NCBI GenBank assembly: GCA_964035545.1 | Contig: OZ037773.1 | Location: 1,083,751 to 1,147,750 of the forward strand | Reading direction: 5' to 3' | Length of the DNA stretch: 64,000 nucleotides | Source of the DNA: Bugula neritina | Taxonomy: Eukaryota > Animalia > Bryozoa | Shown: positions 1 through 14,000 of the stretch, piece after piece | Layout: every line of letters begins with the position of its first letter | Numbering within the stretch: the stretch's first letter is position 1 | The notes under the pieces: generated by a model | The model's database searches: none | The model's input: the letters and a program-made list of their open reading frames with translations, nothing else | Told to the model about the DNA's origin: nothing | Made by a program: the position numbers and the translations under genes

Positions 1-766
1 GGGACTGCTAACTGAACAAAACGTACCTAGTGATTGTTTCGGCTCGTGGGCGAGCTCTTACATTATTGCAGAATGCTGATTTTCATTTCTGGTTGTGAGG
101 CAGTGCATTAATTGTAAACATGTATCATTATACCCTCACTATGGTGGTGCCAGTGCCATGCTTTTATATGCTTATTCTTCTGTGTGTTTCATAATATTTT
201 AGTTTCATATTTTTGTGTGTGTTTGTCACTATCGTTTCTAATGTCTGGTGGCTTAGTTCTCGGTAACGATGCCTTCTGATAGGTCAGGAGAGTGTGGTGA
301 TTTATGGTATATCGGAAAGGCAACTCTTATAATTACTCTGCTATTCTCATGTGCATCGTCCAGAATACGCTAAGCTACACTAGGCCTTGTACTGCCTACA
401 TGGTTATGTTATCTCTATGGACATAAATTCACTACAATATGTCAGTTTTGTGTTAATATTTGTCATTGATTTTCTGGTGGATCCGCCTATACAAAAAGTG
501 ATAAATAACTATTTCTTGCTACTATTCGCAGCAAAGACTGCCAGTGATGCTAAGAAGGGTATCCAGCCACAATTGCCATTTAGCAACATGACGCAAGAAA
601 ACGAGTCCAATTAGCCTGTTTAAACGCCCTTCACTTTACACAGTGGCAGTTTGTATTTGCTGCAACTACATTTAATGCAATGTATGACTCGGTTTCTTAG
701 TACCGATTACATTTTATAATAATTTATTATAATTCTAGCAATGGATAACAAAAGCATACCTTTTGA

Positions 767-3700
767 TTATCTAATCACTCCTAAGACTACTACTGCAACT
801 ATCACTGCAATGAAAGTAGAAACCATGCCACCTATCAGACCTCCTTTGTTCACAGCAGTTGTAGGGGGTATTGTGGCAGTATCCTTCCACATTATTTCCC
901 ATTTGATAGTCACTGTCTTTGCTGAAACCGATTTAAAGACATTTTGAAGAAAAAATAAGTTTAAACTTAAAAAACATCTACCACCAACATTAGCAAATTA
1001 GAAAAAAACGTTTACAATTCTCATTCATTTATATAAGTGCTAATTCTTACATAAGCCGTTTTCAGCTGTACATTCAGCTGTTTCTGTTACACCGTTTGTC
1101 CGAGGAACTAGAGTCAGCTTATTGGATGATTCAGTTGTCACAACTCTATTATATGTCCAAGTGAACGTAGAGGGTGGTGGGTTGGCATCCACATGTTGGC
1201 TACAATCTAGTCTAACATCGGGTTGTTCAGGGTTGAGTTCTTTCACAATTGGATCTGGATCATCAGCCTTTCTATCCAAGTCTACAAAAATAAAATTCAT
1301 AGCACAGGGCTGTCTAACAGGAGGCCCCAGGACCGGATGTGGCCCCCAGCCTACATTTATGCGGCTCTCAAAGGCATAACAAATAAAATTATTTTCCACA
1401 CATATATGAATTTGAGAGAAAAACCACCTTTTGAATGTATTATTTATATAAATGCTACAAAATATAGTATGCAGTAACTATTGGGACTATATTTTGTATT
1501 GATAAATAAGACTTTGGAATAAAATATTTGAAAATTACTGACGCTGCGGTACCCAGTTCAAACTAAAGTTTAAAATATGGGTCTTGCCACTGGAATATTC
1601 CTCTTTAGAGGCACTCCCTTTGAAAGGTTGGACACCCCTGGTCTAGCACCTTACATGTCAACTAGAAATTTCACATTTAAAGAGTAGGTATAACTAGAAA
1701 AATATTGATGGTGCTTACTTACACTGTGGTGTGATGGCAACAGTTTGTTCAGTATTCCCTCTCTTCCAGTTAGAGTGTTTCGTATCTGTACAGGATAAAG
1801 TTATCCCAGCTCTGTCTGTCTCTGTGGGAGTATATTTTCCAGCCACTGTGTTACCATTTACCTCTGATAAATAAAACATGTATATGTATACTATTTCTTC
1901 AAAGACTCCCTGCACACTTCACTTATGCAGTACTGAAAGATTCTTATAATAATATGTTAGTTTTCATTTACATACTCTTTTAAGGTTGGATGGTAAAGGT
2001 GAAGGTAAAGGCGACTGAAAATTTGATTTCCATGCAATCAGAAATCCTAAAACATTTTAGCATATACTTGAACAAAATTCATTTTAAAACAGAATGCAAA
2101 TGAAAAGTAACATATATAACAATATTTTAATATTACATAAGTGAAGTGTGTCAGGGCAAGAAAACCACCACAGAAGAAGTAAAAAGTATAAATACAGTCT
2201 ACAAGCACAATTCTATGGTAAATTTGCTCAGGACTCATTTATGCACATTTTCTATTTTCCTGCAATACTTAGAAAAATAAATTGAAAAGATTTTTCTGTT
2301 ACAGTTGCTAAATCAGCCTTGAACCTTCTTTCAGCAAGAAAAATTTAGTTCCAGCTTAAATTTAATAAAAAATTTGACGATATAACAGGCGAGTTAGTTT
2401 GTGGTTGAAGAATAATATTGGTTATTATGTGAGACTGAAAAAAAGACTGTAGACACTTTTTTCGAATCATCTAACTTCTTACATTTCAATCTATTATAGC
2501 AAACTGATTTATAAACTATTGTAAACTCATTAGATAATATTCTTAGACTTTTACAACATTCAAATATTTATATAATTAAATAGGAATACAGTGCTCCCTC
2601 GAAACCTACTGGTCCGATACCCTTATCTGTGACATAGCAGAATACCAGATTTAACTTACAGAACAGTTAAATACCGACATTTTGTCTCTATATACACGCA
2701 TATACATAAGTTACAAAAAGAAAATTCAAGTTCATCTCATGTCCTATGTTACTTTGTCAGGAATGGACAGCTCTGAGATATGAAGGGAGCACTGCATATT
2801 TCATCACTTGTATAACAATAATTAGCTAAACTAAAACCTGGTTTGTTGTTCACTAAATTTAAAATTTAATTTGCTTCTAGTTTTCTAAATAGAAATTTGG
2901 GGAAGCTTGTTGCACAACATTTAGACAGGTATATACTTACTGTATTCATAGACTGACACAGGATCTGCTCCTGTAGAGTTACAATCAAAGGTAAATTCTT
3001 CCCCTTCTATAATAGTTGCTGGTTTATTAAGTGATATGCCAGTTGGAGCAACTGTAGAATAAAGAAATGCACAATATACATTTTCAAATACAGGTGCATT
3101 GATGTATTGTAAATTAGGTTAGGACTGCAGTAAGGGCCGTGTGCTATATCCTGGGTAAATTGTGTCAATAAAAAGTGTAAATTTAAATAGCAAAACTGCA
3201 ACATTCCAAGTCTGCCTATGATAACAGTTATCTGAAACTACATGCCAACCAGATATCCTTATGTGATCCTGAACAGAAAATCTCAAACAAAGGCATAATA
3301 AACTAAAATTTGTCCTCTACCAAACAAGGATAGGAAATATACTATTTTGATTTAACTAACCACCACCATCATGGGAAAAGTTAAAGTTTATCACGTGATC
3401 ATTCCATGAGATACTGAACAGAATTTTTCAACAAAGGCCTAATATAACAATTATTATCCACTATCCATAAAATGCATATCAATCACACTATTTCAATACC
3501 AATAATACCAATCTTGGATACAGTTAAATTTGTCTATGAGGAAGAAGGAGGAAATTAGTTAGAAACTATGAGAAGTTGTACTAGAAACGGCTTAAGTGGT
3601 ATATAAAGGCTATCAGTGACCAACGAAATTAGTTTGAAGTGTTCACCTTTTACTTCCATTGAAACTTTTAAGGAGAAAACTTCTCCCACACCACCTCCTT

Positions 3701-4363
3701 CAAACCCTCTACAGTAGAACTTCCCTTTGAGTGATGAATCAGTTGCAGTGAGTTGTACAGAAAGAGTGAACCCTTCAGGTTTACCAACTGAGTTACAGTC
3801 TGCATGGCTGACTCCAGAACCTTCTATTCCAGAGACAGTAATAATCTCTGGAGTTGATGAACTCCGCCATACTGTCTCATCCTCAGAATTTGGAATACAT
3901 CCACTTTGATAGATTGTACTGTCTCCATCAGCTTCATATCGTAACTGTAAAGTTCTCAGATCAGTATAACCAGATGCTTCACATGTGAATGTTATATTCT
4001 CATCTTTATAGAAGTCAGGTGAGCTTGTAGTACTGTAGTTCATCTCTGTAGATGGTTGACCTAAACATATGTCATTTTAATAGTTTAGCTCAATACTAAT
4101 CCAATTGTGGAAATGAAAAGAAGAATTTTGGCCAACTCATTCAGACTTTTATGTGACACTGCCATCACAAGAAAGGAACATCTACAAGTTGTGTGAGCAT
4201 AAAAATCATAAGTAAAAGGAATAGAAATGTGGTTACCAACATTCATTTAAAAGTAAGAACCAGACTTATCAATCACTGAAAATTTATTCAGAAATATTCA
4301 CTTACCAATTGTGTAGCTAAATAGTATTAATACTTTAAAAATGGTTATCCAGGGAAGTTTCAT
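767..4363 (-). CDS. Immunoglobulin-superfamily single-pass membrane protein (signal peptide, ~3 Ig-like domains, TM), 6 coding exons: 4363-4306, 4060-3647, 3051-2941, 1863-1723, 1281-1051, 921-767
   Basis: All introns GT-AG and phase 1, frame continuous: MKLPWITIFKVLILFSYTI|GQPST..ITFTCEAS..GKFYCRG..|VAPT..FTFDCNS..|..ITLSCTD..|..VRLDCS..TFTW..AECTAENGL|..GGLIGGMVSTFIAVIVAVVVLGVIR*. An acceptor at 4368-4369 implies a further upstream non-coding exon. Confidence 0.85.
1305..1640. mobile_element. hAT-like MITE in Ig-gene intron
   Basis: Imperfect TIRs CAGGGCTGTCTAAC / GTTGGACACCCCTG; 8-bp flanks tcatagca / gtctagca partly match. Confidence 0.6.
2589..2794. mobile_element. Tc1/pogo-like MITE in Ig-gene intron
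   Basis: TIRs CAGTGCTCCCT / AGGGAGCACTG; TA on left, CA on right. Confidence 0.5.
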
Positions 4364-5008
4364 ATTCCTGAAAATAACAAATAACACTAAATAGTATAAA
4401 TACTGGCCTGCATACTTAAATATATATTAGCTATAAAAACCAGCTAGGAAAAAATACTGGATAAAGAAATGTTATAAAATTAAAGAAATTCATAAAAGCA
4501 AATGCCATCATTATGATGAATGAAGTTAACAGCTGGAAATGTAGAAACTGCCTACAAATGAGAACCAGTGAATTAGTGTGTGCAACAGACAGCAGGGTGG
4601 CCAGAATCATCTTGAGGTCACAGCAAATCAAAGCAAGCCAAGTCACTGGCTAACCAAGTTAGGTTTAGCGGATTGAAAACAATGACTGGAAAGAAAATAG
4701 ATTGAATAGATTTCAAAGTTGGATAAGTTAGTTTTAATTTCAACTATTTTGAAATTTATGTCTATCTACATAAATAGATTTACTGAAAACAATGATGAAG
4801 TTAAATTTAATATGTCATGCAATGCATTTCTCTACATGAATATTCTAAAGAGGAAAAGTTTTATTACAAGTAATTCAAACCTGCAAGCCTAATAAAGTGA
4901 TATGTATATAAATCTAGTGTCAATTACAGACAAAAATAATCCAGTATCTATCTACAGTCATTATAATATCTATAAAATAACATGACTCTTTGTATGAGAA
5001 GAACAAGA

Positions 5009-6530
5009 TGTAGTGTTGTCTTTAGTAAAATCAAATCTTTATTGTGAGTAGAATGGGTAGTCTGTATCAGGTGAGCTCCAGTGGCAGACTGAATCTACAC
5101 TGAGAGCTCATCTGCTTTTATACACAAAAATTCACAGTCCAGAACAGGGATGGGCAAATGTTTTTGAAATGGGGCCGGTGACAGGGCAATTGTGGGTGGG
5201 CCGGCCAGGTCTTTTTTATCTGGCTGCCTGGTAGTCCGGGATCATTGCCTCACCATGCCAAAGCTATCTGTATAGGCCGGGCAATAGTTGGTTCGATTGC
5301 GGTCGAGGTAGCGCTAGCTCTGATCAGCTGGGTAGATAGCAGGGTGGTAGCTTTATCTTTCATCTCCTGAGTTAGGTCCAAGCAGTTCATTGATGTGGGG
5401 TATCGCCGCATACTTCGGCCAACACGACCCGAAAAAGCTGGGTGACTGTTGGCCATGTGACTGTGCCGGTCTGAGGGTTGTGCTTCTGGAGTCGTCCTGT
5501 ACTGTCAGGGGCATTCCGGATCCGAGGCTCAAAGTTTTTACCCATATTGGGTGTACCACTCCTCTGTGGGGACATCTCCAGGCGTCCCTCGTGGTAGTCG
5601 GCCAAATATCTAGGTGGCCTCCTACTCCTCTGGATTCTTTCAAAGGTGGCTGATCTTGTACCCTTGGTGGCTCCTTAGGTGTTGTGGGTGGGGGCCCCCA
5701 CTGCCACCCGCGTCAGGGGTGGGAATGTCCTCCACTGGTGAGGGTGCTGGTTTTGGGGCCTGCTGCAATGGATGGTCTGGTCGCGGGGGTGGCTCCAGCT
5801 CAGAGTCAGGTTCTGGCCTCTTACAAAGATCACCACCTTTCGGGTTGGGTCACTTTCCCTCCAACGTTGGGTTGACGATTGGGCTTCAAGAGGGGTGAAG
5901 CTTGTCTTACTGCGTCTAGACTATCCTGGTATGGTATCAGGGGCTGCTCACTCTGAACTGATACTTGCCCTAGCATTCCAAACAATACATGTGGTTGGGT
6001 AGCCCCTCCACCACACAGTAGGAACCCAATATCTTGGGCTAAAGCTTAGCCGGTTGTCCACATAGCCTACAATAGGTCACCATCCAGACCCAGTCCTCTG
6101 CTTGGTATAGGGGGAGCTACTCGAAGTGTTCCGCCCGCATCTGCCATTGCTTCTTCCGCAAAGCAGCATGGGCCTTGCCCTTGATCTTTACCAGCTTCTC
6201 CATGTACTAATGTACTGGGGACTCGGGAGCTGGAACACGGTATTTCAGATGATCCGGAACCCGTGTTTGCCGGCAAAGCATCATCAAGTTTGAGGTCCCC
6301 TCCGTGCTGGATTGTGGTGTGCTACGGTAAGCTCGCATGATCTGAGGCAGCACCGCGTCCCCAGGAGATAAGTTGCAAGGGGCAGAGAGGATGATCCCAC
6401 AATCGGGGAGCCCGCCTGTCGGCCTGGTCGCTTTGCAACTCGGTCACCGTAGCCTGCAGGCCCTTCACTATGTTCATCAACATGGTGAGCTGCGATGGCT
6501 CCGGCGATTTAGTAGTCCGTGACACTAGTA
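5009..6530 (-). mobile_element. Old, internally deleted Ty3/Gypsy remnant (gag-like piece joined to integrase C-terminus, 3' LTR-like end)
   Basis: Minus-strand translation with stops matches the integrase of A-E: VLPQIMRAYRSTP..RVPDHL..WVWMV..LPNH, then FERIQRSRRPPRYLADY; ends AATAAA...CTACA. Confidence 0.75.
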
Positions 6531-6702
6531 AAACTAAATGTATTTTCAATGTGTCTGTTGGAGCACATCAGTTGTAACTGCAAGAGTGATTATTATTAAA
6601 TTATTATTGTTAGCTACTTTATCAGCAATACTCTGTTATAATTTAAATAGTAATGCTATAGCTCAATCACAATTGTATGTGTTAAATGAGTAAATATTAT
6701 TG

Positions 6703-7520
6703 CAGTATTTTCACGAGGAGATCTAGTCGGGGAGTCCTGCGTTTCTGTTTGAGAGGCTAAAGGCCAAGCTGCGAACATGGGTCGGTAACACTTTCTCGTC
6801 CCTTTAATCCAGCAATAAAGCTTACTGCCTTGTGCTCTAACATTTCCAGAAACTCAGTGTCTTTAGCTAATGTTGGATCCCATACGATATCTACGTACTC
6901 AAAAATGGGACGGATTAGTGTAGGCCAGTAGCTTACCTTCTCTGGGGGCATCATGTAGAACATGTTTAATTGCTCCCAGAATTTTTGAGGCCTTTTCCTT
7001 TTCAAATGTAATATGATTGCTGTAGTGGTAATTTAATAATTACATTCAGTGGCTAGCTTTGGCTGGCATACGATATTGGCTGTCTGCATAATATGGAATA
7101 TTATTGTTATCTGTATAAACTTCAGACTGCCATTGTCCTACCAGCAGACAGTCCATATTATTAAGGTGAATAGATGAATAGACACATTGCCGTTTAGTAT
7201 TGCAACAGCTTGACTTTACTGCTTATGATTTGGATTACATAATCCTCAATGACTAAGATCATAAATACTTTCAATTCATAACTCTGCTGTCTAGAAACCA
7301 GAGTTTGACGACCTGCAGTAATATAGTTATATTGGTGAGTGTGGTGTATGTGTGGCTTGAATGAAAATGAAAAGTATAAAAGGGAGTGTGTATGAGAGAA
7401 CGAGAGGAAAGAGAGAGGAGAGATAGAGTGAATGAAGAGATTGAAGATTGTGCAGAATGCATTAAGCTATATGAGCGAGTGCTAGCCCACTTGAGACTTG
7501 ACAATACCCCTACAAACAAA
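6703..7520 (+). repeat. Dispersed duplicated segment, copy 1 (partner 50773-51382)
   Basis: High identity by eye, same orientation, extends beyond the LINE fragment. Confidence 0.9.
6720..6960 (-). mobile_element. Non-LTR (CR1/L2-like) RT 3' fragment, copy 1
   Basis: TLIRPIFEYVDIVWDP..LE..KAVSFI..SVT resembles the LVRPxLEYxxxVWxP C-terminal motif of CR1/L2 ORF2. Confidence 0.7.
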
Positions 7521-7612
7521 TACCTCTACAGACTGATGGGAGCTGGAGTCACCTCGCAGCCAAGCGACCTGTGCCTGTATGCTGGACTCGAGCTCACCTG
7601 AAGGCTACAACC
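7320..7612 (+). repeat. Solo-LTR-like repeat, diverged homologue of 56703-57010 (inverted)
   Basis: Shared colinear motifs TATAAAAG.GAGTGTGTATGAGA, GAGTGCTAGCCCA, AAACAAATACC, GAAGGCTACAA; boundaries approximate. Confidence 0.5.
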
Positions 7613-9934
7613 CAATTATATTATTCGGTGAGATGCAATAGCTGAAAACTCCATATCCCGATATAACATGATGATCCGATTTAAGGTTTGACTGCATTAA
7701 AATTCCCAAGTATGTTGTTGAGTCTCCCTAATTTATCTTTACTTTACCTAGCTTGTACAGAGGTTTGTAATTTCGATAGGAATACGAAATTGAATATGAA
7801 TAACTATACCTAATTATAACTATAACTATAAGTCAATAACTATTAGCACTACTACTGGAATTGTGATTGTATTTATAATAATTATCACCATCACAATCAA
7901 TATTATTACCACAATGAACATCTTAATCAAAAATATAACATCATTACTACAGTTTTAGTTTATTATTATCTCAGTTGAGGTAGCACTTCCGCAGCAACTG
8001 AAATGCCTATAGAGAGGGAAGCCTCTTGTGACAACTTATAATAATATTACACCAGAGTTAGCGCTTGTAGTTGTACTTGTTACATTTACAGCAATTGCTG
8101 TTTGATCAGTAATCATAATGAGTAATTGCAATCAGTTATTCATATATCATATATGATATAATGATTCATTACTATTCAAATGGTGATCATAATATTATTA
8201 TTAATCATAATGACAATCATAATGGATAATAAATATAAACTTCAATATGATAATGATTGAAATTTAAATGTGAAAATCAAAAAGAAAATCAAAATCAAAT
8301 AATATCATTATTAAATTTAAATCAAAATGTCATTTGTCCTTGAAATTGAATTTGACGAAAAATATTTAAACTCATATTCAAATTTAAAGTAGTAATAAAT
8401 TTGTATACGTTTACGTATTTTATGACAGCTTGAGCTTCCACGCACTACTATACTAGTGCAACACACCAATCAACAACTAAACATAGTCACTAACTGTAAA
8501 GTGAGCACTTAACATAATTAATTCAAGTAGTAAAAATAGCATAGTGTAATGAATACCTAATAGTTGGTCGAGAATTCAGTGTTGCGTTTAGTATAACGTT
8601 TCATTTAAATAAGTTATCGCATCGCTTGATTCCCGCCTACGCAACGACTGCTAGTTGTATTAATTAGATAGCAGCACGCCCTCGCCCATTGGCTGTGGTT
8701 TGACGCTTTAGCAGCCCGGATGTTCGTTGCAGACTGAACCTACAGCTAGTAGAATAGTAGCGCTCTAGCAATGCAAGTTTCATCGCATCAATAACAATCA
8801 AATTTAATATGATATAATTATTAAAATGTAAATCAATTTGAATTGTGCATCAACAACACACGCGAATCTGCTTCTTCTAGCTCACTGTCACATGGTGCAA
8901 TTGTAGTAATTCGTGCAATTACTGTGCGTGAGTTCCTAGCTTGTAATTATGACTTGGTTATCCACCGCAATATAGGGCTTTTGATAAAATTAGAAAAGAT
9001 TTATTTATAAGTACATACTAATAAAGAGTATAAGAAAACACACGGGTTAAAGGATTACATCTTTCTGTTACTAGTTCCCTCTCTCTACTAACTACTCTCG
9101 TTACGCATCACTAGGGGTTATCACCTGACGCACTCCTAATTGTGTGGTGGCTCGTGGAGCTACCAGCAGCACAACATGTAGGGTCGCGTAATTGACCCGG
9201 AACAATGGATAGCCAATTAGCGTGTTTGATAGTTAGCAGCAATTATTGTTTCCCGCTGCTAACTCAGTCGAAGTTAGAGTGCTGAATAGACTAGATGTGT
9301 AAATTGTCAGATGTATTTGTATCGTTTTTATAATGTATTATTGTTATGTTTTTCAGATTTAGGGTTGATGTGCTATCCAGAGGGTCTATTTATTTGCTAT
9401 AGAACTGCACCAGGATAAGTCGAGTGAACGAGTATATTTTACACACAATTATACATTATAAAAACGATACATTATATTCAAACAAGTTACACATCTAATC
9501 TATTTCACACTCTAGCTTCGACTGAGTTAACAGCGGGAAACTACACTTGCTGCTAACTATCAACTACGCTAATTGGCTATTCATTGTTCCGGGTCAATTA
9601 CGCGACCTTACATGTTGTGCTGCTGGTAGTTCCACGAACCACCACACCGCCCCCACCAGCAGAAAGCCATCTTTCTGATATATATAAAAAAAAACATTCA
9701 TTAGTAACCGCATACATCAGTGGACAAAATAACACATAATATACAGGAAGAGACATAATAATAGACAGAGTCATCATAACGATCCGTTGCATACAATTGG
9801 CCAGCTGTAGATAGACGAGGAATACTAGCTAGCTGTGGTGTTAGACAGGGGATAACCTGTTAAGCAGTTAAACATTTGCATGACATCTTGGTTTCTCCCA
9901 AGATGTGAAGTTGCGGAGTATTCTGGGTAGCCAA

Positions 9935-11012
9935 CTAGAGTCCTTGTTGGGCACGCCTGTGCTTGGCTTGGCATGTACGCAGTTTCCGTTTCATACGGCA
10001 TACGGATCCCTTTAGCTGGAAGAGTCCTGTTGTAGTGTTAAGTAGATCCGGTGCCAGCTGGGTGAATTCTTCTTGTAATCGTAGGAGGCGTTCTTCTACC
10101 GTGGCTAGGCGGACTGGGTCTGGGGACGGTGTCCGTCTGCGGCGCACGGGTGGGCTGGGGGACCTGGTTCGTCTCTTCGTCGGGGTAGGGGAGATCTCTC
10201 CTTCTTCTGGATGTGTAATTTCCTCTGGGGTGTATGTAATTTGAGGGCGGTCAGACACCAACGGGGATTGTTGGCGGGCGTTGTCTAACACACGTTGGAA
10301 CCCCGAGGACAGAACGGCTAACAGCATGGCCTTCTTCACCAGAGGTCGTATAAGTGTGAGGAACTCCGGGTATAACTTAGCGTCGACCACGTAGTTTTCT
10401 CCAGGGAAACAGCCCGTCGCTCGATGTCTGGTGACGGGGTAGGGATATACATCATTGTACCCGCAGGGGCAGAATGTTAGTAGGAGATGAGCATTGACGT
10501 GTAGTTTAAGGGAGCGGTGAGAGGCACAATCTTCACCACAGATCTGGCATCTCGTCCGTCCTCTGGACCCCCAGGCCGTTTCTATTTCTTCTTCTGTTTG
10601 TGGAGACACTCACCGCCAACGGCGGCGTAGTGGCTCAGGCCGGTCACCACTAGCATACTCCTCCGGATACGGAGCGGGAAGTGTTCTATCCCGTGCCCTG
10701 GTTGTAGCGGGTCGAGTGTAATCTGAAAAAGTTTCAACAGCGTTAGTACAGTACACTGCCGTGTTGTCAGCTTGAATAGCTTGGCAACTCCTAATTCAGT
10801 TACCTCGTAGAGATTTATGGTAGTGAATAGTCAGATAGAACACGTATTGCAATGAGATTATAACAATCTCTAAGTCAAACTGAGTTCTTACTACGGTATT
10901 TCACTAACCTATCTCCAGCTCGATTGACTCAGTGAGTCAGAGCTGAGCGATGCAATCTAGTTTCGTATTAAGATATAGTTAACTCACCCCACGATCTGTT
11001 GTCGTAAGACAT
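9935..11012 (-). pseudogene. Element A accessory ORF3: exons 11012-10988 and 10722-9935, ~270 aa zinc-finger/coiled-coil protein; one TGG>TGA at 10612-10610
   Basis: MSYDNRSW G|gtgagt...TACTAAC(10748-10742)...tttttcag|AT TAC in frame; CQIC-x12-HVNAH, CPC-x12-H-x4-C, KRRTRSPSPPVRRRRTPSP, heptad Leu repeat. Confidence 0.8.
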
Positions 11013-11036
11013 ACTGAATGTGTGAAATGGTTTGAA

Positions 11037-14000
11037 CTACTGCTTAGAAACACGTCTACTCCTGACTGCATCAGCGTATGAAAAGATCGAGCAACGTGGT
11101 TGGGGTGCGTGATTAAGACTTTGTGCACCCGGCGGATGAATTTTGTTTCTATTTCCGCCGATACAAAAGTTGATATTTCCGTGGTGTTGACAACTCCCAC
11201 ATTTGCTCGATACTTTTCTCGTACGGTTTTCCCCTAGACTTTCATACGCGCCGCTTTTAACGCAGTCGCATATGAAGTCCTTCAAGCATGCGGGGGGTTG
11301 CCTCGTACGCTGTCCCCTTTCTAGGGGGGGTGACACGCTTGCCGGTTCGTTAGTAGGGGCCTCTAATGGCGTCTCTACTTCACCGTTAGCGGTCACCTCT
11401 TCTTGTTCTCCGGATGGAGCCCCTCCCTCCGTGGGGGTTTGCACTTCCGGAACCGGTTCGGTTTCTGGAAGTGATGGAATTAGACTTGGCGGTGGCGGAC
11501 ACGCTTCTGTTGATAAAAGCTGCTGCTCCTCCCTCACCAAGTTTTCTTCCCGCGGTATGACCACTTCGTATTCAGGTCCATGCCGCCGTCGCCCGCGCGT
11601 TGTTGTCTGCCTCCTGGGCTCTAACAGCAGGGGGGCTTCTCCCACTCCGTCGGGGCTAGCCCAATACGGTTTCAAGCGAGACTCATTCTGGATAGACACC
11701 TGTCCTGAGCGCTCAATCTTGTACGTATGATTGGGCATAGCCTCGACGACCACGTAGGGGCCTACGAACTTAGGCTTCAGTTTATCAGCCTGTCCGCGAC
11801 GCCTACGGTAATTGACCATCCACACCTTATCTCCCATTTGATAGAGGGGTGGTTTATCGGAATCTTCGTGCCGCACCTTCCACTGCTGTTGGCGCAGTAT
11901 ATCGTGTGCGGCCTTCATCCGTTCCACTAGTTCACTGGCATACTCGTGAACCGAGTTATCTTGCTCTGGAACGTGATAGGTGAGATGGTCAGGGACACGA
12001 GTCTCTCTCCCGAGCATCAAGAGGTTTGGGGTCTCACCAGTACCGGTGTGTGGGGTGCTACGGTATGCACGCATGACTTGCGGCAACACCGTATCCCATT
12101 CCTCTTGACCTCGTCCAAGGAGGAGACTCCGGAGTGCATCACCTAGCATCCGGTTGTTGCGCTCCACCACCCCGTTACCTTGAGGGTGGTAGGGGGTGGT
12201 CCTGCTCTGATTTACTCCCCAGAGGTGACAAAGGTCGCTCATCAGTTGAGACTGGAATTGAGCGCCTTGATCAGAGTGTATCTGTTCGGGGAGCCCAAAA
12301 TAACAGAATACATGTTGGTCTAGTGCCCTGGCCACTGTTGGGGCTGATGCATCTGGGATAGCCAGAGCATCCGCCCACCTAGTAAAGTGGTCGGTTAGTA
12401 CTAGGATCCAATTATTACCTCTGGGGGTCAGGGGCATGGGTCCGACCAGGTCTACAGCGACTACTTGCCAAGGCCTACCAGCATATAGCCTCCGCCGTCC
12501 TGCTTCACCAGGGGGGCGGCTGTGCTTACTGGCCTGGCAGATCTCACACTGTTTGACTCTGAGCCGGACATCACGCTCCATTTGCGGCCAATACCACCGG
12601 AGTCGTAATTTGGAGATCACTCTCTTGACCCCTGCGTGGGCCTGTTTGTGAGTATCCCAAATCAACTCACGGCGGATGGCCGTGGGGCAGACTACCCTCT
12701 TCCTTTCCGGGTGTCTGCCGCTGGCAGCTAGAGAGATGGTTAGTAACCCATCCTGCCCGATCCGCAGCGAGTCCCAACGCTGACAGTATAGCCGGAACTC
12801 GGCGCATCCCTGTCGTATGCGTTCCTCGCTGGGTCGCCGCCCTTCCCTTTTGGCCCGGTATATGTCTGCCACGACTCCAGGCAGCTCTTCTTGGAGCTTC
12901 TTCAGCTCTCAAACATTACCGGCCAGTACAGGGTTGGCGCGGAGGTTTTGTACATCCTCCAGGGACTCATCAACTCTTTGCCTGAGTTGACCTTGGTCCC
13001 AGTCAAACGGTGCTCCGTGGTGAGCCAGCGTCTCCAACTCGCATCGCGGGGGACCTCCATCCCTCCTCTCGATGTTGAGACACTGTTTGCAACCTCCATC
13101 AGGTCGGCGACTCAAACCATCCGCATTGCTGTGTCTCTTGCCCGGTCGATGTTCGATCCGGTATGAGAATTCAGCTAGGATTTCGAGCCACCAGGCGACC
13201 TGACTAGAGGGCTCTGCTCTCTTGCACAACCAGATCAGCAAGGCATGATCCGTACGCAGCCGGAACTTCCTGCCGTATAGGTATGGTCTGAAGTGCTTCA
13301 CTGACTTGATTACTGCCAGCAGCTCCTTGCGGGTAGTGCAGTAGTTTCGTTCAGCGGGTGAGAGAGACTTGCTGTAGTAGGCTACTACTACTTCTCAGCC
13401 TTCCTGCACTTGTGACAGCACAGCGCCAACATTTTGGTCACTGGCGTCCGTGTCGAGGATGTACTCCAGAGTGGGGTCTGGGTAGGCCAAGATGGGCGCC
13501 GTTAGTAGGCAGCCCTTGAGGCGGTCGAACGCTTCTTGTTCGACTGGGGTCCACTGCCACGTCACTCCCTTTGCGGTGAGCCGGTTTAACGGCTGTGCTA
13601 TGCCCGCAAAGTCTGGTATGTATTGTCTGTAATACCCTACCAGCCCCAAGAAAGCCCGGAGTCCGGTCAAGTCTTGAGGGGTGACCCAGTCTTCTATTGC
13701 TCGTACCTTCTCGGGATCCGTTGCCACGCCATTTCGACCGACAACGTGCCCCAGGTACTTAACCTCTGGCTGCAATAGAGCGCACTTGAAAGGCTTGAGC
13801 TTAAGACCGGCACCTCGGAGTCTCTCAAAGACCTCCTGCAGACGACTGACATGTGTCTCGAAGTCTGGGGAGATCACGATGACATCATCGAGGTAAATCA
13901 GCAGTGTCTTCCAATGGAGCCCGCTGAGGACTTGCTCCATCAGCCTCTGGAAGGTGGCTGGGGCAGAAGTCAACCCGAAGGGCAGCACCTTCCACTTCCA

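Noticed and set aside
9935-10609. ORF3 as a retroviral envelope gene
   Set aside because: No signal peptide, furin/fusion peptide or TM segment; it has zinc-finger, basic and coiled-coil features instead
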